Shown piece by piece: positions 10,166-19,429 of a DNA stretch of 64,000 bases. The position numbers and the translations under genes were made by a program. Origin of the DNA: an uncultured delta proteobacterium. GTDB lineage: Bacteria; Desulfobacterota; Syntrophia; Syntrophales; Smithellaceae. Below the pieces are notes generated by a model. That model was not told the origin of the DNA. It saw nothing but the letters and a program-made list of their open reading frames with translations, and made no database searches. How positions within the stretch are numbered: the stretch's first letter is position 1; the number at the start of each line of letters is the position of its first letter. The stretch is from NCBI GenBank assembly GCA_963753975.1, contig CAVWEH010000005.1, positions 1 to 64,000 of the forward strand. Direction: 5' to 3'.

Positions 10166-10561
10166 TTATTTTGGTACTTTCATCAATTCTTCCCGGGCAA
10201 CCGCGAGTGCTTTTGCATAACGATCCAGAACTGACGATTTAAGTTTGGCAAAGACAGCGGGTCGGAAATGCCTTTTGACCCGAAAACAGGCAATCCCCGC
10301 AGTCTTAGCCAGAATCTCCGGCGTCATCTGCCGCCGCTCCATATGATATAAAAGCGGACTTTTTTCTCCCCGTATAACTTCCTGCCTTACACCTTCCAGT
10401 TTTGCCTCCAGTTCGGCAACAGCCAGGCCATTGACGATTTCTTCAGCACTCCAGCCGGAACTGGTAACAACGACATACTTTCCATCCTCGTTAAGAGCAT
10501 AACAGGCGCGCTTGTAACCTTCATAATAGGTAATCTCCTGTGGAACTTCATTCACTTTCAT
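10166..10561 (-). CDS. Conserved hypothetical protein of the type found upstream of BtrH-like genes
   Basis: 131 aa; MKVNEVPQ start and KSPLLYHME..VKRHFRP motif; GGAG RBS. Confidence 0.7.
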   Translation of the reverse strand: MKVNEVPQEITYYEGYKRACYALNEDGKYVVVTSSGWSAEEIVNGLAVAELEAKLEGVRQEVIRGEKSPLLYHMERRQMTPEILAKTAGIACFRVKRHFRPAVFAKLKSSVLDRYAKALAVAREELMKVPK

Positions 10562-10628
10562 TATCGGCTCCTGTCAGCGGATTTAGAGACCTTCTTATAC
10601 TAAATTCAACTGGACGAAAAGCAAATTT

Positions 10629-10823
10629 TAATGAGACCCAAGCTTCAGAAACGGAGTGCATAACCTAATAACCTGAAGGTCACAAGAGGTCACACATGCT
10701 GAAGCTTGCAGGTTGTAATGAGTCTAAAACTTCAAAAGCAAAGCGCATTGAAGTTTTTTAGCCGAATTATCCAATAGCCAAGGGCTATTGGAAATTATCC
10801 CCGAAGCGGAGCGGAGCCGGATA
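10629..10823 (+). repeat. Composite hairpin repeat locus C (units 10629-10715 and 10716-10769 plus hairpins)
   Basis: Two tandem units, then TCCAATAGCC AAG GGCTATTGGA. Confidence 0.9.
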
Positions 10824-10824
10824 T

Positions 10825-11739
10825 TTACTCCTTTTTATTTATCTTTTCACCTAGAAAGGGCTCGAAATGATGCCATTCGAACGGGTGCTTATCGGCCATT
10901 TGCATCAGTTCATTGGCATAGGTTTGTGCCGAGGCCGATACTGCTTTTTGACGATCGGCACGTGTTGCAGCTGAAACCCGCCGCCCTTGCGATACGGCGA
11001 TATGATATTTGTTGGACGCTTTCTGATGAACAAAAAAGGTCATCAGCGGCGCACCCGACATTAAAGCAAACAAATGGGGTGTGTCGGGCAGTTTTACCTT
11101 GTACCCCAGAAAGTCAACCACAACGAAACTCTGATTTCCCCACAACCGGTCGCCCGTCATGGAAACTATTCCGCCTTCCCGTAAGAAATTGATCCCTTCC
11201 AGAAGAGCAAAAGGAGAGCTTTCTTTATCCGACGTCGCCACTATTTTAATTCCGCTTTTAACCAGAAATTCTTTTTGCATGCGTTCGAGTTGCTCTTTGT
11301 GCTTCGCTCCCAAATACAGCATAATGGGCAATCCCTTGCGGTTCAACATTTGCGCCGCCAGCTCCCAGTTGCCGATATGCGACATTACCACAATAGCGCC
11401 GGTCTTTTTTTCTACCGCTTCGTCCAGATATTCCCATCCTTCTTTGGTAAATTCAAACTCTTCTTTTCCCAGTCCGACAAACCGGTGGAGATAGACATCG
11501 GTAAAGTTATGATACTGCTTCCATACACAATACAAATGATAGGAAAAACCTCGCATGGGGAACAACGCGCGGTAAAATTTCAGGCTGTGTGCAACGCGTA
11601 CCGGAAAAAGAAAAAAATAGCCGGTGGCAATAAACCAGGAAAAAGTGTGGAAAAACCACGCCCCCCAAAGCCGGGAAAAATAAATTGCTATGCGATATGA
11701 TAATATTTTCATAAAATGTAATCTAAGGCCATTATTCAA
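10825..11739 (-). CDS. Lysophospholipid / lipid A-type acyltransferase
   Basis: SHIGNWE, GDR and WHHFEPF motifs. Confidence 0.85.
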   Translation of the reverse strand: MNNGLRLHFMKILSYRIAIYFSRLWGAWFFHTFSWFIATGYFFLFPVRVAHSLKFYRALFPMRGFSYHLYCVWKQYHNFTDVYLHRFVGLGKEEFEFTKEGWEYLDEAVEKKTGAIVVMSHIGNWELAAQMLNRKGLPIMLYLGAKHKEQLERMQKEFLVKSGIKIVATSDKESSPFALLEGINFLREGGIVSMTGDRLWGNQSFVVVDFLGYKVKLPDTPHLFALMSGAPLMTFFVHQKASNKYHIAVSQGRRVSAATRADRQKAVSASAQTYANELMQMADKHPFEWHHFEPFLGEKINKKE

Positions 11740-14700
11740 GAGGTCTTATTACCGATAAACCATTTCTCTTCTATTCCTGATGTGTCGGAAGGATGAACGC
11801 TGACAAGGAAACCGGTTTTTTCCATAAAAGCCACTAATTTTTTTTCACTACGGAAACGTCCCGGTGTGTGAGTCAGTTTTAAGCGAGCAGTTTCTATCCA
11901 GCGCTTCCAGGGAATTTTTTTGTTCGATGGTACTGTCGCTCTTATCAGCAAAGTTCCACCCGCTTCCAGTTTACCGTAAATACGCTGCAAAACAAGTTGC
12001 AGTTCTTCATCGGAAACTAAATGCAGCATGTCCAGCATCAGCACACAGTCAACAAAACCTTCGACGGCAGGCAAGTCAGGCGCCCGGCCTATTTCGACAC
12101 TACCGCGAGTTCCTATGGCGCAAGATGCAATGAGCACGCGTATTTCGTCCGGCTCCAAACCATATACTTGAGCGGAAGGATAAATTTCCAGAAGCCAGAC
12201 GGCGGGAATTCCGTAGCCGCAACCGATATCTATAATCCGGCTGGGGTTTTGCACATACCTATCCAACTCTTTGAACATCGGATCAATCATAATTTTAAAA
12301 TGGGCAAAAAGCCGCGGATACGCTTCCAGATGGCGGTAACGCAATAGAGCACGCTTCCGATGCTCTTTTGAGCCTGTCTTCAATGGTCCGGAAGGAAAAT
12401 TAAACGGTGCATATATTTTCTTCACTAATGTCGGCAAAATAAGATAGGCTCCAATGATGGAGTAGCCTATGCCTAAAAGAGAGGTGAGGCCGATACTGCG
12501 CAAAAGATTGTGTCTGGCTATCGCCAATACACCGAAACCGACAAGCGTGGTAAAAGATGCCAGAAACATTGCCAGTTTGACGATGTCCATGGCAGGATGT
12601 TTTTCATCACGGTAGCGCTGATAAAAACAAGCATAATAAATAGAATAATTAATCCCCATGCCCATAATGACAATCCAGAGCATGATGCTGGGTATATCCA
12701 GAGGATGGCCGATGATTTGCAAAGTTCCCAGTGTGGCTACTAAAGCAAAAGTAATCGGGGCCAGCACCGCCAGAGATAGGAGCCAGTCAAGATAAAACAC
12801 AAAGACAATGACTACAGTGCCTATCCCTGTAATCAGTGCAATCTGGATGAAAATGCTTTTCAAAAAACTTCCCAGTTTATCGTTAAATAGACCGACATCA
12901 AATATTTTAGCGAGCCCCTGATGGGCGAGGCGCGATGCTAGATCTTCGGCATCGTAATTTTTGCCGGTTGTGATTAAGCTCAGTTGCGTATATTCGGTCG
13001 GGCTCTTGGTAATTCCAAAAAATTCAAAATATTTTTCCGGTATTTCTTCGGAATGTAAATTTTTATTATTCATTATTTTCCAAAAGGGCGCAAAAGCAGA
13101 AGGCGCAAAACCATTTTCTTTCGCCGCCACAGCCATATTTCGCTTTAGTTTGGCCAGGCGTTCCTTGCTCCAAAAGCCCTGCCAGGCTTCCATATTTTTT
13201 TTGCTCACTGCCGGCGAGGGAAACAATAAAGATGGAAGAAAAACCGAAGACAGTTTTTCCTTCTGAATATCGGCTGCCAAGATCGGCATTAACCGATCGT
13301 TTTTTTGCTGCAACTGCGCAATGCTGGGCGCTTGCAGAAACACATAACATTTGCCGGAAAAATCACCCCAAATATTCTGTAATGTCTTTTCGGCATGAAT
13401 TGTTTCTTTACTCACGGAATTCATGGCATTAATATTGGCATCAAATTCCGGATGGGCAAAAAAAAGCATCACCACTCCGAAAACAATCATTATCAGCAAT
13501 TTCCATTTGGCCGGAGTCGCAATCTTTTGCAGAGCATGCATAAGCAAGGGATTACTTTGATGCTTGGCAGGCGGCATCGATGGAAATATTTTCGGGAAAA
13601 TAAAAAGGACAAAAAGAAGAGCAAAAGTAACGCCCAGCGCAGAGAAAACACCAATTTCGGCAAGGATTTTAAAATCACTGATAAGCAATAGAAGAAAAGA
13701 ACCGACAGTCGTGAGCACCGCCAGAAGCTCAGCTAACCAGACCTCACGGGCCACCTGCCGCCCATATGTTTCTTTCGTCTGATCCAAAAAAAGCAAATAG
13801 GTAATGCCCAGATCAACCGTAAAACCCATTATCGCCCCACCGAAACCGATAGCGAGCATGGACATGGATTTAAAGAAAAAAGAACAGACGAACAAGGCAG
13901 TGATTGATCCCACTATCGAAGGCAACAGCGCCAGAAGACCAATGAGCGGACGGGGAAAAGCAAAAAGCAGCAACAAAGCTATGCCGACAGTAGTTAAGAT
14001 AATAGCGATTCGTGTATCGCGCTTCGCGGTTTGTTCATTATCCAGAGCCGCACGATATGCTCCGACCGGAGTTAGTACATATTTATCTTCGGCCAAAGTT
14101 TGATTGGACTTTAAATCCTGCTCGATATCTTTCATTAACTTCTCAATCTTAGCGGAGATCGCTGTATCCGTCCCTGATCCGGCGATCTTAGCGATGATGA
14201 GCGCGTGCTTGCCGTCTTCAGATATCAGCTGCCCCTGATAAAATTGAGTCTTATGGGCGGGAAGCAAAGCGGATAACTGCCGCAGGATTATGCCGGAAAA
14301 TCCCAGAGGATCTTTGGCCATCATTTCAGCCCGGCCGATTCCCTCCAGCTGTTCCAAACTTTTCCGGTTTTGGGCAAGAGCTTCTTTAATTTTCGCCGGC
14401 TCCAGGAGAGGTTTTATTTCTTTTTCTAATTGTTCCGTGCTGAAAAGAAGGGGCAAACTATTCATTACCTGCGCCATAAGCTCGGGAAAATTTTTTGCCT
14501 CGTCGCCTATGCCGACTTTGGTAAAAAGGCCGCTTTGCACGAGTTTATCCATTACTCTTGATACGGTTTTAACCAGACGATCCCTGTCGGGAGATTCCTG
14601 GCCCAAATCAATAAATAACTTATCCTGGATGGGTAAATGCCTGATGATCTGGCGCGCATCGGCCAGCACCGGATCATTGTGCGGCATTGATTCCAGGATA

Positions 14701-14807
14701 TCCGTTTCGATTTTTAAATGTTGGGATTCCCAGATGAAAAGTATTGCGACAACCAGCGCAACAATAAGGACAATCGGCCACTTTATTTGGTATTCACGTA
14801 GGGACAT
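11736..14807 (-). CDS. MMPL/RND-family exporter fused to a C-terminal class I SAM methyltransferase
   Basis: Two TM bundles separated by large soluble loops; C-terminal IIDIGCGYG and MLDMLHL. Confidence 0.85.
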   Translation of the reverse strand: MSLREYQIKWPIVLIVALVVAILFIWESQHLKIETDILESMPHNDPVLADARQIIRHLPIQDKLFIDLGQESPDRDRLVKTVSRVMDKLVQSGLFTKVGIGDEAKNFPELMAQVMNSLPLLFSTEQLEKEIKPLLEPAKIKEALAQNRKSLEQLEGIGRAEMMAKDPLGFSGIILRQLSALLPAHKTQFYQGQLISEDGKHALIIAKIAGSGTDTAISAKIEKLMKDIEQDLKSNQTLAEDKYVLTPVGAYRAALDNEQTAKRDTRIAIILTTVGIALLLLFAFPRPLIGLLALLPSIVGSITALFVCSFFFKSMSMLAIGFGGAIMGFTVDLGITYLLFLDQTKETYGRQVAREVWLAELLAVLTTVGSFLLLLISDFKILAEIGVFSALGVTFALLFVLFIFPKIFPSMPPAKHQSNPLLMHALQKIATPAKWKLLIMIVFGVVMLFFAHPEFDANINAMNSVSKETIHAEKTLQNIWGDFSGKCYVFLQAPSIAQLQQKNDRLMPILAADIQKEKLSSVFLPSLLFPSPAVSKKNMEAWQGFWSKERLAKLKRNMAVAAKENGFAPSAFAPFWKIMNNKNLHSEEIPEKYFEFFGITKSPTEYTQLSLITTGKNYDAEDLASRLAHQGLAKIFDVGLFNDKLGSFLKSIFIQIALITGIGTVVIVFVFYLDWLLSLAVLAPITFALVATLGTLQIIGHPLDIPSIMLWIVIMGMGINYSIYYACFYQRYRDEKHPAMDIVKLAMFLASFTTLVGFGVLAIARHNLLRSIGLTSLLGIGYSIIGAYLILPTLVKKIYAPFNFPSGPLKTGSKEHRKRALLRYRHLEAYPRLFAHFKIMIDPMFKELDRYVQNPSRIIDIGCGYGIPAVWLLEIYPSAQVYGLEPDEIRVLIASCAIGTRGSVEIGRAPDLPAVEGFVDCVLMLDMLHLVSDEELQLVLQRIYGKLEAGGTLLIRATVPSNKKIPWKRWIETARLKLTHTPGRFRSEKKLVAFMEKTGFLVSVHPSDTSGIEEKWFIGNKTS

Positions 14808-14964
14808 GCAAACCTATAAACTTACGGAGTTTTTATATCGGAAAACGTCTTCATAAAAACACATTTCTCGAGTGCTGGCAAGCTAAAAAGGTTTGAGGAA
14901 AAAGGTAAATTGTTATCACTGTGAGTGTAGCGAAATGACTGGAATCAATGAGCTAATGATTGAA

Positions 14965-15705
14965 CTAGCGCAGAGAAAATATCCGGCTGAAAATCAAACG
15001 TGTAAAAGTCGAGGAGTTGCGTAAAAAATCGACGAAAGGACGAAAATGAGAGATGCGAGAACCTGTGGGATTATAATTTACGCGCACCGGAACTTCTATC
15101 ACCGGCACACCATTTCTTTTGGCCCGCACCAATATTTCCACCTCAAATTGGAAACGCCGCGCCTTTGTGCCCAGATAAAGAGCCTGAGGCAAAGGATAAA
15201 TGCGCATGCCGCTCTGGGAGTCCAAAAGAGCGGGCCCACCGGAAATCCATACCCAGAAATTAGAAAACTTCCGGCCGAAACGACTAGTCCAGGGAACATG
15301 CTCACCAATCATGCCGTCTCTTACCCCCACAACAATCGGCCTTACTCCCCCCGGAATCGCAGCGATTAGTTTTAAAACATCTTCCGGATAGTGCTGGCCA
15401 TCGGCATCAATCGTAATTGCCCAATCAGCGGAAGCGGAGGCAGCTTTAAATCCACTCATCAGAGCCGCGCCTTTACCCATGTTTTTTTCATGACGAATGA
15501 TTTGAATTCCCTTAATTGCGGCAATTCTTCCAGGAGTCGCATCGGTCGAACCGTCATCAACGACAAAGACGGGGAAATTTAAACTGAGCGCTTCTCCGAT
15601 AACTTGTGCCACCGAATCAGCATGGTTGTAAACAGGAATGATAAAAGCAAATTTTCCTTTTTGATTAATTCCCGGCTCCGGTTTTTCTTTTTTTCTTTTA
15701 CTCAT
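14965..15705 (-). CDS. Glycosyltransferase family 2
   Basis: IIPVYN, DDGSTD, DADGQH, DSQSGMR, SHFRP. Confidence 0.92.
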   Translation of the reverse strand: MSKRKKEKPEPGINQKGKFAFIIPVYNHADSVAQVIGEALSLNFPVFVVDDGSTDATPGRIAAIKGIQIIRHEKNMGKGAALMSGFKAASASADWAITIDADGQHYPEDVLKLIAAIPGGVRPIVVGVRDGMIGEHVPWTSRFGRKFSNFWVWISGGPALLDSQSGMRIYPLPQALYLGTKARRFQFEVEILVRAKRNGVPVIEVPVRVNYNPTGSRISHFRPFVDFLRNSSTFTRLIFSRIFSLR

Positions 15706-17426
15706 GGCTCATCTATCTGCGGCAGGAATGCAACTCCCCACGTGCCCGGTCCCATATGAGCGCCTGATGTCAATGATAATGGCTGCAAAATAACCTCCGC
15801 TTGCGGATAGTGATCCTCCAATATTTTTTTCACTGTTTTATTTACCCAATCACAATTATCGGAGTACTCCAACATAATAAGAACAGGGGAATCATTTTGC
15901 AACGACCCAGCAAGACGTTCTTGGGCTATCTTTAATTGCTCTTCCTGGTTTCTGACCACGCCGACTTTTTTCGCTCCTTCCGGCTGAGGAGAAATAACGG
16001 GCTTCATTTTAAGCATATCACCAAAAAAGGCGCTGGTTTTTGAAAGCCTTCCGCCTGCAGCCAGGTATTCTAATTTATCAAGAAACACATATTCCTCGCA
16101 CAAATGCAGCGCCTTTTGCGCAAAAGCAAAAGTCTTTTCCATATCGTTTGTTTTAGCCAGATAGCGAGCGGTGGCTAAGACAATTGTTCCTAACCTTCCG
16201 GAAGCCGCACCAGTATCAATTACCAGAAGTCTGTTCCGGGGATCATTATGCTTCTTCCATTCCATGACTACGTCGAAGTTACCGGTGAAGACAGAGCCAA
16301 CACACAAATATAAAACTTTTTCAAAACGATTCAAGACACTGTCGTAAAATTGATGCCTTTCAAAAATGGAAGCCTGGGAAGTAGAAACCTTTATCCCTTG
16401 CCGCATTGCGCTGTAAAGTTCATCAGGATGAAAATATGTCTCCGGCAGGCATTTTTCACCAACATTGAGATAACTGTTCAAAAGCGTAAAGCTATATTTC
16501 TTAGCATCCTGACGCGTCACGGAACCGGCGGCATCGGTCATTATGTGCAATGATTGATCGGGATTTGTATCCATAAATTCCTTAATCTGGGATGCCAGAT
16601 TGTCTTCTTCCCAATTGACCATACTGCCCAGCGTTGCTATTTGAGCTATGACCTTCCCCCTGTTTTCGGTATGGAGGTGAATCTTGTAAAGATCGCCTTC
16701 GGGAATGATAACGACACTTTTCTGGGCTTGTGTAAGTTTCTCTAATTCATCTTTGGATTTATTCGGTGCTTTGACGACAAAATCAACGCAGTATCCTGAT
16801 TCCGCATTTTCCTGAAATGAAGACAAAATCTGCAAACGATTTTTAAACACTTCCGTAATGGGACGATAGATTTTCGCCAGACCTGACAACGAATAAAAAA
16901 ACCCTTCAAAAAAAATATATATACCCAAAGCTCCGGCGTCAACAACGCCAGCCTTTTTTAATTTGGGCAAAAGTTCATTAGTCTCATGAACTGCTTTCTC
17001 CAGGCGGTTGATGATCGTGTCTACGGTTTTTCGATCAAAAGTTATGTCATCCTGGCCAAGAACATCGCTCACAACATCAAAAACTGTTAACATTGTACCG
17101 GGGCGAGGATCACTTACCGCCCTCCAAGCTCTGGCACTTCCTTCTTTAGCGTATACTGCCAGATCGGATAGAGTATCCGCAGAGTAAAACGCAGAAAAAT
17201 ATCTTGACGCAATATTCCCGGAATTGCCTCGCGCCGCCAAAAGAAGCTGACGAATAACCTTATCTTTTTCTTTGTTTACCGCACGCAGAGGAGAAAGACT
17301 AATTGAAAGATTTCTACCGGTATCCCCATCGGCAACGGGAAAGACATTAATTGAATCGAGTAAATCCGCCCAGGCCGCAACCCGTTCCACACCGGCAATA
17401 AAAGATTTTTGCAGTGACTCTTCCAT
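15702..17426 (-). CDS. DAK2-DegV fusion (fatty acid kinase FakA/FakB-like)
   Basis: INVFPVADGDTGRNL, ARGNSG and VVDAGA (DAK2); STSQ, YLAAGGR and GAHMGPG (DegV). Confidence 0.88.
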   Translation of the reverse strand: MEESLQKSFIAGVERVAAWADLLDSINVFPVADGDTGRNLSISLSPLRAVNKEKDKVIRQLLLAARGNSGNIASRYFSAFYSADTLSDLAVYAKEGSARAWRAVSDPRPGTMLTVFDVVSDVLGQDDITFDRKTVDTIINRLEKAVHETNELLPKLKKAGVVDAGALGIYIFFEGFFYSLSGLAKIYRPITEVFKNRLQILSSFQENAESGYCVDFVVKAPNKSKDELEKLTQAQKSVVIIPEGDLYKIHLHTENRGKVIAQIATLGSMVNWEEDNLASQIKEFMDTNPDQSLHIMTDAAGSVTRQDAKKYSFTLLNSYLNVGEKCLPETYFHPDELYSAMRQGIKVSTSQASIFERHQFYDSVLNRFEKVLYLCVGSVFTGNFDVVMEWKKHNDPRNRLLVIDTGAASGRLGTIVLATARYLAKTNDMEKTFAFAQKALHLCEEYVFLDKLEYLAAGGRLSKTSAFFGDMLKMKPVISPQPEGAKKVGVVRNQEEQLKIAQERLAGSLQNDSPVLIMLEYSDNCDWVNKTVKKILEDHYPQAEVILQPLSLTSGAHMGPGTWGVAFLPQIDEP

Positions 17427-17843
17427 TTAGAAACCCAGGGAAGTGCGAATTTCTTCCGGTATGCTGAACAAAGTCTCCATCTCCGGTGTTTTCACTGTAA
17501 CCTGTTCAGTGCGGCCGCGGGCGCAAACTTTGCCATCCGCTATCCTCCTTATTTCAAAATCAACAACCAGTTTTATATTTGCATCGACAAGGGTAGCTTT
17601 GCAAATGATCTCATCGCGGTGGCGTAAAGGAAAAATGTGTTTTGTCGAGGTTTTGATAATGGGAAAAATTAATTTATGCTTATCATAGAAAGAATAAAGA
17701 TCGACATCGTAATGCTCGAAAAGTGCCGCGCGCGCGATCTCGAAATAGTTCAGGTAATTACCGTGCCATACTATCTGCATAGGATCGAGATCAAAAAAGG
17801 GCACGTGAATTTTAACCTCAAAGCTTTTTTGTTCTTTTTTCAT
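17427..17843 (-). CDS. Hot-dog acyl-CoA/ACP thioesterase (4HBT/YbgC family)
   Basis: FFDLDPMQIVWHGNYLNYFE. Confidence 0.9.
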   Translation of the reverse strand: MKKEQKSFEVKIHVPFFDLDPMQIVWHGNYLNYFEIARAALFEHYDVDLYSFYDKHKLIFPIIKTSTKHIFPLRHRDEIICKATLVDANIKLVVDFEIRRIADGKVCARGRTEQVTVKTPEMETLFSIPEEIRTSLGF

Positions 17844-17845
17844 TA

Positions 17846-19393
17846 CTAAATCCTGAAGAAATCGGAATACCTGATTGCCGTACACATGCCTTCAATATCT
17901 TTATCCAGCGGTCTATCTTCTGTGAGAGGCGCGCTGATTAATCCAATTTTTTGTGTAACTTTGGCCAAAAGCGGCCTTACACTGATATTTTTTCTTAAAT
18001 AACAGGCTTGCGCCGCCGCGAGAAGATGAATCGACACAACACGTTCCGTAAGCGTGCAAATTCTTTCAGCGTCGCGTGCCGCGATAGTTCCCATGCTGAC
18101 CTTATCCTGATTATGAGATTCGGTCGAGCGGGAAAACGACGCTGCGGGCATGGTTTCTTTCAGGGCTTCCGCCGCTAGAGCGGAAGAAGAAATAGACATG
18201 GCCTTAAAACCGTGGAACAGGCCATTCTCCTTCTCTGTTATTCCTACTAAATCGCCCGGCAATTCTCTGTTTACATTCGGATTGACCAACAACATCACCT
18301 GGCGGTCGCACATATCGGCAACAGAAGCCAGCGCGGCCTTCAGGCCGTCCATGGCAAAAGCAATATGACCTCCATAAAAATTACCGCCCATGAGAACCTG
18401 GCCGGTTGCCGGATCAAAAATAGGGTTATCGTTGGAACTATTGGCTTCAATTTCCACCCATTTTTTTATCCAGTTAAGGGCATCATACAAAACTCCCAAC
18501 ACCTGCGGAGCGCAGCGCAGTGAATAAGGATCCTGCAGGGTTTCCAGAGCGTCATCTTCCAGTTGACGCGTTGAAACTCTGGCTTGTAAAAGATGGAAAA
18601 TCTTTCCGGCGACAAAAATCTGGCCGTCAAAAGGTTTGGCTTCCGATATCACCGGATGGTAATGATGAGCGTTGCCCTTGAGTGCGTGAATGCAAAGAGC
18701 TGTCGCATAAATTCCGGCATCCAGAATGCGTTCGGCTCTATCTATATTAAGAGCGGCTATACCTGTCATCGTCGTTGTGCCATTAACCATCGAAAGAGGT
18801 TCTTTGGGCAGATATTTGTAAGGCTTTAGCCCGGCCTTTTTCATTGCCTTAGCGGCGGACATTTTTTCTCCCCGGTAAAATACTTCTCTCTCGCCGGCCA
18901 GACAGGCGCCGATATAAGACATCGGCGTCAAATCGCCGGAAGCTCCGACAGAGCCCTCACAGGGAACCACGGGTGTTATTCCTTTATTTAAAAAGTCGGC
19001 CATCTGTTTGAGCAGGGCAACTGAAACTCCCGAATAACCTCTTGCCAGACAAATTATGCGGCACAGCATGGCCGCTCTGGTTTCTTCAATGCCAATAGGC
19101 TCACCCGTGCCGCAGCCGTGAAAACGAAAAATGTTTGCACCATTTTTCATGGCAATATTCATCGGCATGCGCCTGCCGCAAGAACGACCGTAACCGGTGG
19201 TGACACCGTAAACAGCAATCCCCTTGCGCATAGCTGCCATCAGCATCTTTTGCGTTGCTTCCATCCGTTGCAAAAAACGGCCGCTTTTGCTGATCTGCAC
19301 AAATACTCCGTCTCGCGCGACAGCGATAATATCATCCATGCTGACATGGCCGCCGTCGATAACAACGGCGGCTTTTGAACCAACTTTTTTCAT
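17846..19393 (-). CDS. MIO-dependent aromatic amino acid ammonia-lyase (HAL/PAL/TAL family)
   Basis: YGVTTGYG, GSVGASGDL (MIO-forming ASG), QDPYSLRC, NQDKVSMG; start could be an upstream TTG. Confidence 0.92.
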   Translation of the reverse strand: MKKVGSKAAVVIDGGHVSMDDIIAVARDGVFVQISKSGRFLQRMEATQKMLMAAMRKGIAVYGVTTGYGRSCGRRMPMNIAMKNGANIFRFHGCGTGEPIGIEETRAAMLCRIICLARGYSGVSVALLKQMADFLNKGITPVVPCEGSVGASGDLTPMSYIGACLAGEREVFYRGEKMSAAKAMKKAGLKPYKYLPKEPLSMVNGTTTMTGIAALNIDRAERILDAGIYATALCIHALKGNAHHYHPVISEAKPFDGQIFVAGKIFHLLQARVSTRQLEDDALETLQDPYSLRCAPQVLGVLYDALNWIKKWVEIEANSSNDNPIFDPATGQVLMGGNFYGGHIAFAMDGLKAALASVADMCDRQVMLLVNPNVNRELPGDLVGITEKENGLFHGFKAMSISSSALAAEALKETMPAASFSRSTESHNQDKVSMGTIAARDAERICTLTERVVSIHLLAAAQACYLRKNISVRPLLAKVTQKIGLISAPLTEDRPLDKDIEGMCTAIRYSDFFRI

Positions 19394-19429
19394 TTCTCTC
19401 AAATTTCTCCTTTCGCTCCCGGACAACCC

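Noticed and set aside
9979..10823. CRISPR or TIGR-type array
   Set aside because: At most two units in tandem, variable parts are self-complementary stems rather than unique spacers, and no cas or Nop-domain gene is present in the window
17846..19393. hutH of histidine catabolism
   Set aside because: No hut genes nearby and it is embedded in a PKS cluster; substrate left unassigned
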